The notes under the pieces are model-generated. The model was not told where the DNA came from and did no database searches. It was given only the letters and a program-made list of their open reading frames with translations. The position numbers and the translations under genes are program-made. This document shows positions 59,182 to 64,000 of a DNA stretch of 64,000 nucleotides, piece by piece. The stretch lies in contig JBFXJJ010000002.1 of the NCBI GenBank assembly GCA_050175015.1, forward strand, positions 128,001 to 192,000, given 5' to 3'. The stretch is from Alphaproteobacteria bacterium. GTDB lineage: Bacteria; Pseudomonadota; Alphaproteobacteria; JBFXJJ01. The number at the start of each line of letters is the position of its first letter. The first letter of the stretch is position 1.

Positions 59182-59632
59182 CTTTCCCGTTAATTGCAAG
59201 AACAAGACTTTAAAAAAGTTTTTATTTTTTCTTTTATAATTATTTAAATAATACTTTTGACTTTTAATTAAAAACGGGATATAATCTGTTTTCGATTGCA
59301 AGCTAATGCGTTACAAATATTTTTATTTATAAGCGGCAATTTTATTTTAACCGTCTGTCTTTATCACGCGTTTACAGGACAGATAGCCTAAAAGCTTAAT
59401 TTTTAAATAAAGCAAAAAAGGCAAATATAAGCGAGAAAGATTACATATTTGGCTATTTATATTTTGCAAAGCTCAACTAAGTTGAGAATTTTTTGCTCGC
59501 AGAAAATCCAAAAAGTTACTGACTTCAAGACTAATAGAAACAAATATAAATTTGTTTTTACTGAGCATCCTTGGTCTTCTTTTAGGTAAAGCTTTAGAAA
59601 AAAACAATTTTTTATTTATATGGAGAACTTCT

Positions 59633-59842
59633 ATGACTAACGGTATCGTAAAATGGTTTAATGCTAGCAAAGGTTTCGGTTTTATTGAGCCAGAACAAGG
59701 TGGCAAAGATGTTTTTGTTCACATCAGTGCTGTTCAAAAATCAGGCCTTTCAACTTTAAAAGAAGGTCAAAAACTTAGCTTTGAGCAAGAAAAAGATGCT
59801 AGAAGCAATAAAATTTCAGCAGTAAATCTTAAAGCTCTTTAA
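59633..59842 (+). CDS. Cold-shock protein
   Basis: [18 protein letters not shown]; ATG 59633 after RBS ggag. Confidence 0.96.
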   Translation: MTNGIVKWFNASKGFGFIEPEQGGKDVFVHISAVQKSGLSTLKEGQKLSFEQEKDARSNKISAVNLKAL

Positions 59843-59862
59843 TTTTTACTTTCTAATTTTAT

Positions 59863-59901
59863 AAAAAAAAGCTGCAATTTAAACAAGTTGCAGCTTTTTT
59901 T
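59863..59901 (+). terminator. Intrinsic terminator
   Basis: aaaaagctgcaa...ttgcagcttttttt. Confidence 0.85.
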
Positions 59902-60019
59902 GTAACTTAAATAATCAAATTTTTTATGTTTAATAAAAGCCTCATTTAGAGCTTCTTCCATTTATATTTTTTAAAACTTCTATTTGCTTGACGGATATTA
60001 GCAATAAATTTATTTTAGT

Positions 60020-60190
60020 TTTTGGTAGTTCATCTTAACTGATGATTAAAAGGGAATATGGTGCAAAACCATAACTGCCCCTGCAACTGTAAGCGGTGAG
60101 TTTTAAGATACGATACACCGTCACTTGATTTCTAATCAGGGAAGACAATCTTAACGCATTGACCCGTAAGTCAGGAGACCTGCTGCCATT
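60020..60190 (+). ncRNA. Cobalamin riboswitch
   Basis: ggt...aaaagggaa..ggtgcaa..cc..actgcccc.gcaactgtaa...cact...gggaag...agtcaggagacctgc (B12 box) upstream of metE. Confidence 0.92.
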
Positions 60191-60298
60191 AACAACTGGG
60201 CATATTTACTTAAGAAACAGGGTGTTTTCTTTAGAGTAATCTGAAAAAAATCAATGCCTCAGTTTTTATATATTTTTATTTTTTTAGGAGTGTATCTT

Positions 60299-62581
60299 AT
60301 GATAATCACAGCGAATCTTGGTTTTCCAAGAATAGGACTTCATCGAGAGCAAAAAAAAGCTCAAGAAAGCTACTGGCAGGGCAAAACAGCCTTAAATGAT
60401 TTGCAGCAAACTGCCGCCAATATCCGAAAACAAAACTGGCTATGGCAAAAAGAAATTGGAATAAACCATATTCCATCTAATGATTTTTCTTTTTATGATC
60501 AAGTTTTAGACACGGCAGTAATGCTTGGGGCAATTCCTGAACGTTACCAAGTGCCGTCTGAAAAAATTGTTGATATTGATACTTATTTTGCAATGGCACG
60601 GGGCGGAGAAAACCTTGAAGCGATGGAAATGTCTAAATGGTTTGATACCAATTATCATTATATCATTCCAGAATTAAAGACAGGGCAGAAGTTCTTTTTA
60701 GGATCGCTAAAGATTTTTGAGGAATTTGAAGAAGCAAAACAAATGGGAATAAATACTCGTCCTGTTGTTTTAGGTCCCGTAAGCTTTTTAATGCTCAGCA
60801 AAATGGTTGATGACTCTTCAAGATGGGAACTGCTTCCTGATATTTTAAAGATTTATAATACCATCTTTGCAAGACTAGAAAAACTTGGGGCGGAATGGCT
60901 TCAAATTGATGAACCCTGCTTAGTCTTAGATTTGGGTGATGAGGCTAAAAAAGCATATAAAGCAGCTTATGATAATTTGAAAACATCAAAGCTTAAATTT
61001 ATGCTCACAACATATTTTGAAAAAACAACTCAGAATCTAGATTTAATTAACAGTTTATCGATTGCAGGACTTCACATTGATTTGGTCAGAGGTGAAAGCC
61101 AGCTTCAAGATGTCTGCGCAGCTATCGATAAAGATTTATGGCTTTCTTTAGGCTTAGTTGATGGTCGTAATATTTGGAAAAGTGATTTTACTAAAATAAT
61201 CGGATTAGTAAATGAAGCTAAAAACAACCATAACAGCGAAAAATTAATTATTGCTCCAAGCTGTTCTCTGCTTCATACCCCGATTAGTCTTGAAACCGAA
61301 AACAACCTTGATACCGAAATTAAAAGTTGGTTATCATTTGCTAAACAAAAACTTGAAGAGGTTGCCTTTATAGCAGATATTGCAAACAACCCTTTGGAAA
61401 ATGAAGATATTTTGGAAGCGAATGCCTTCATAATTCAAAACAAGAAAAGCTCGCCTAAGATTCACAATCTGCAGGTTAAAGAACGGATAAAATCTTTAAA
61501 TACTAATATGTTGCAACGAAAATCATCTTTTGCGGACAGAATCGTGGCACAAAAGAAATTGTTAGACCTGCCGTTACTGCCAACCACGACAATCGGTTCT
61601 CTGCCTCAGACAAAGGAAGTTAGGGAAGCTAGAGCCGCATTTAAACGAGGAGATCTTAGCTGCCAAGATTATGAAGAAAAAATCAAGCAGAAGATTATAG
61701 AAGCCGTAAAATGGCAGGAAGACATTGGAATCGATGTTTTGGTTCACGGTGAATTCGAGCGCAACGATATGGTTGAATATTTTGGCGAACAGTTAGATGG
61801 CTTTGCTTTTACTCAAAATGGCTGGGTGCAAAGCTATGGTTCAAGATGTGTTAAACCTCCAATCATCTTAGGCGATGTCAGCCGCAAACAGCCGATGACC
61901 GTTAAGTGGAGTTCTTTTGCAATGTCTCAAACCAAAAAACCGCTTAAGGCGATGTTGACAGGACCTATTACCATTCTACAGTGGAGCTTTGTCCGCAACG
62001 ATATTCTAAGAGAAGATACCTGTAAGCAGATAGCTTTAGCCATTCGTGATGAAACTTGCGATCTGGAAAAAGCTGGTTTTAGAATTATCCAGATTGATGA
62101 ACCTGCTTTTAAAGAGGGAATGCCGCTTTTAGAGCGTGATAAACAGCATTATCTTGATTGGGCAGTTGATTGTTTTCATTTGTGTTCTTGCGGGGTAGAA
62201 GATGGCACTCAGATTCACACTCATATGTGTTATTCAGAATTTAACGATATAATAGAAGCTATTGCCGCTTTAGATGCTGATGTTATTTCGATTGAAGCTT
62301 CACGTTCCAAAATGGAAATATTAGATGCTTTCTCTAAGTTTAAGTATCCTAATCAGATTGGACCTGGAATTTATGATATTCACAGCCCAAGAATTCCGAC
62401 GCAAGATGAAATAAAAAATCTTATCAGTAAGGCTCTTGAAGTGCTTAATCCTGAACAATTATGGATTAATCCTGACTGTGGTCTTAAGACAAGGCGATGG
62501 GAAGAAGTTAAGCCCTCAATTTTAGAGATGATTAAAGCCGTTCATTATAAAAGAGAAAATTTGAATCAAAACAAAGTCTAA
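60299..62581 (+). CDS. metE: Cobalamin-independent methionine synthase
   Basis: LGFPRIG, KWFDTNYHY, HGEFERNDMVEYF, HTHMCY, NPDCGLKTR; start ATG 60299 after aggag. Confidence 0.97.
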   Translation: MIITANLGFPRIGLHREQKKAQESYWQGKTALNDLQQTAANIRKQNWLWQKEIGINHIPSNDFSFYDQVLDTAVMLGAIPERYQVPSEKIVDIDTYFAMARGGENLEAMEMSKWFDTNYHYIIPELKTGQKFFLGSLKIFEEFEEAKQMGINTRPVVLGPVSFLMLSKMVDDSSRWELLPDILKIYNTIFARLEKLGAEWLQIDEPCLVLDLGDEAKKAYKAAYDNLKTSKLKFMLTTYFEKTTQNLDLINSLSIAGLHIDLVRGESQLQDVCAAIDKDLWLSLGLVDGRNIWKSDFTKIIGLVNEAKNNHNSEKLIIAPSCSLLHTPISLETENNLDTEIKSWLSFAKQKLEEVAFIADIANNPLENEDILEANAFIIQNKKSSPKIHNLQVKERIKSLNTNMLQRKSSFADRIVAQKKLLDLPLLPTTTIGSLPQTKEVREARAAFKRGDLSCQDYEEKIKQKIIEAVKWQEDIGIDVLVHGEFERNDMVEYFGEQLDGFAFTQNGWVQSYGSRCVKPPIILGDVSRKQPMTVKWSSFAMSQTKKPLKAMLTGPITILQWSFVRNDILREDTCKQIALAIRDETCDLEKAGFRIIQIDEPAFKEGMPLLERDKQHYLDWAVDCFHLCSCGVEDGTQIHTHMCYSEFNDIIEAIAALDADVISIEASRSKMEILDAFSKFKYPNQIGPGIYDIHSPRIPTQDEIKNLISKALEVLNPEQLWINPDCGLKTRRWEEVKPSILEMIKAVHYKRENLNQNKV

Positions 62582-62601
62582 CTTATAAAAAACGCATAAT
62601 G

Positions 62602-62636
62602 AAAAAGCCGCAAAACATAAACTTGCGGCTTTTTTT
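62602..62636. terminator. Bidirectional terminator
   Basis: aaaaagccgcaa...ttgcggctttttt between convergent genes. Confidence 0.85.
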
Positions 62637-62674
62637 ATAACTTAATTTTTTTGATGGAACATAAAATCTTAAGT

Positions 62675-62935
62675 CTAGTGTACACTCATAGGCTCTAAAT
62701 CGAATCTTTTAACTATAGCAAAAGCTGCATCTCGGCTGTTAGCTGTAGTCATAAGCGAACCTTCGGCGCCGTAAATACCCCATACAGGTTTATCCTCAAT
62801 AACGGTAAATTTAACGTAAGAAACGTTTTCCAAACCCCACAAAGACAAAGCATTTTTAGAAACAATACTGTGAAAATTAGAAGTATCATCACTTAGTTCG
62901 TTATTATCTTTCTCTTTTTCTGGAGCATCAGTCAT
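62675..62935 (-). CDS. DUF1150-like protein
   Basis: G...V.YVK, W.I..A.G, terminal P.SVH. Confidence 0.65.
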   Translation of the reverse strand: MTDAPEKEKDNNELSDDTSNFHSIVSKNALSLWGLENVSYVKFTVIEDKPVWGIYGAEGSLMTTANSRDAAFAIVKRFDLEPMSVH

Positions 62936-63008
62936 TGTTTAATAAACCTTATATCGAAATATTATTATTCCTATAGATTTAAAGCATAAAAATTAAGAAA
63001 GAGTTACA

Positions 63009-63431
63009 TTATTCAATTTTAGGCAAAATATTTCTTTGAACGTTATCGATAATTTTATTTTTGCTGTCATCATCATAGAAAGTTTCTAAAAGTTTTCCAA
63101 ACACAGGGGACGGCCAAGCACTGTCAGTTTTATAACGTGCGATAATATGAATGTGAAGTTGAGGAACAACATTTCCCAAAGCTGCGATATTCACCTTATC
63201 TGGTTCAAAAATACTATTAAGCTCTTTGGCGAAAGAGTTTATTTCTTTGAATAACTGCTCGGTATCATCAGGTGAAAGCTCAAATGTTTCTTTGATATTG
63301 TTGCGCCTTGGAACCAAAATAAACCAAGGAATTTCCTTGCGATTCATTAGTAAAACACGGCAAAGCTTTAAATCGCCAACCAAAAAAGTGTCGTTTTTCA
63401 AAGTTTCATTAAGAACAAAATCATTTTCCAT
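63009..63431 (-). CDS. HIT family protein
   Basis: PW.ILVPR, N.AALGN.VPQLHIHIIAR. Confidence 0.92.
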   Translation of the reverse strand: MENDFVLNETLKNDTFLVGDLKLCRVLLMNRKEIPWFILVPRRNNIKETFELSPDDTEQLFKEINSFAKELNSIFEPDKVNIAALGNVVPQLHIHIIARYKTDSAWPSPVFGKLLETFYDDDSKNKIIDNVQRNILPKIE

Positions 63432-63508
63432 AATATTATTTTTCCATTTATGATATTTTAGATATTAAAAAATTAAACCTTATAAATTTGTAGTAAAGAG
63501 ACAAGGTT

Positions 63509-64000
63509 ATGAAAAGCAGTTTCTTAGGAAGTTTAAATCAAAAATTTATTTTTGCAATAATAGCGGGCTTTTTAAGCACTTCCGTTTTGTTTATGGTGGC
63601 TTTTACCCATCTTTATGCCACACAGCTTGAAAGAGAGCGAACGCTAGATCGCAGCAAAACTGAAAAGATGCTGGAAATCTATGTTCAAAACAACCAGTTA
63701 AAACAGGAAATAAAGAAACTTATTGATTATAATGCCAAAGAAACCCTCAATATAAAATCTCTTTTTTGGCCATTGGAGCAATTTAATTCGCTTCTATCTC
63801 CATATAACGTGTTTAATCCCAGTGAAGATAACAACCGGCTTGAGCCTAACTATGAGGTTTTAAACAAAATAACCGTCATTCCCGAACCATATGATGTCTC
63901 ATTTTTATCTATAAATGGCGATGCCTATGAACTTCGGTATCAAGCAATGGTTATGGCTTTAAGATTCATCGGAGCTGGAGCGTTTCTAATAATTCTAGTA
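63509..64000 (+). CDS. 5' part of a membrane sensor-like protein (runs off the window)
   Basis: Frame open from ATG 63509 to the end; TM - extracytoplasmic region - TM layout. Confidence 0.55.
   Translation, partial: MKSSFLGSLNQKFIFAIIAGFLSTSVLFMVAFTHLYATQLERERTLDRSKTEKMLEIYVQNNQLKQEIKKLIDYNAKETLNIKSLFWPLEQFNSLLSPYNVFNPSEDNNRLEPNYEVLNKITVIPEPYDVSFLSINGDAYELRYQAMVMALRFIGAGAFLIILV

Noticed and set aside
176-63453. Many short ORFs in the track antisense or out of frame to recognised genes (e.g. 176-574, 3847-4167, 19057-19479, 34519-35448, 39032-39277, 56122-56391)
   Set aside because: They overlap well-supported genes, lack RBSs and motifs, and read as shadow frames
1-64000. tRNA, rRNA or IS elements
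   Set aside because: No cloverleaf, rRNA-like stretch or transposase ORF recognised by eye

Overview
AT-rich alphaproteobacterial chromosome segment. Class I LysRS, the miaB-phoH-ybeY-corC-lnt-XRE-metK-trmB-rimP-nusA-infB-rbfA-truB-rpsO-pnp order and GTTC-N7-GTTC-type SOS boxes point to a Rhodospirillales-like host (inference). Positions 1-27 kb and 50.7-64 kb are mostly housekeeping genes, including a cobalamin riboswitch ahead of metE. The main feature is a compact ~14 kb T7/BPP-1-like (podovirus-type) virion cluster at 35.5-49.6 kb. It encodes portal, scaffold, capsid, tail tubular A/B, a short fibre, lysozyme, holin, terminase and a divergent HTH-S24 repressor. I see no integrase, replication genes or large ejection proteins, so it looks like a domesticated GTA-like element rather than an ordinary prophage. 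A separate locus at 28.1-31.8 kb holds three tandem signal-peptide paralogs followed by a 564-aa protein with a lysozyme-like motif and a peptidoglycan-binding motif. Its promoter shares three elements with the virion operon promoter: a LexA box, a candidate repressor operator, and an identical 12-mer (CAGGTTCAGTAA) 12 nt from the start of the -10. Both transcription units contain internal terminators. Hypothesis: an SOS- and S24-repressor-controlled, antitermination-dependent podovirus-derived particle co-expressed with a cell-wall effector/immunity module. All assignments come from reading motifs by eye; no searches were run.
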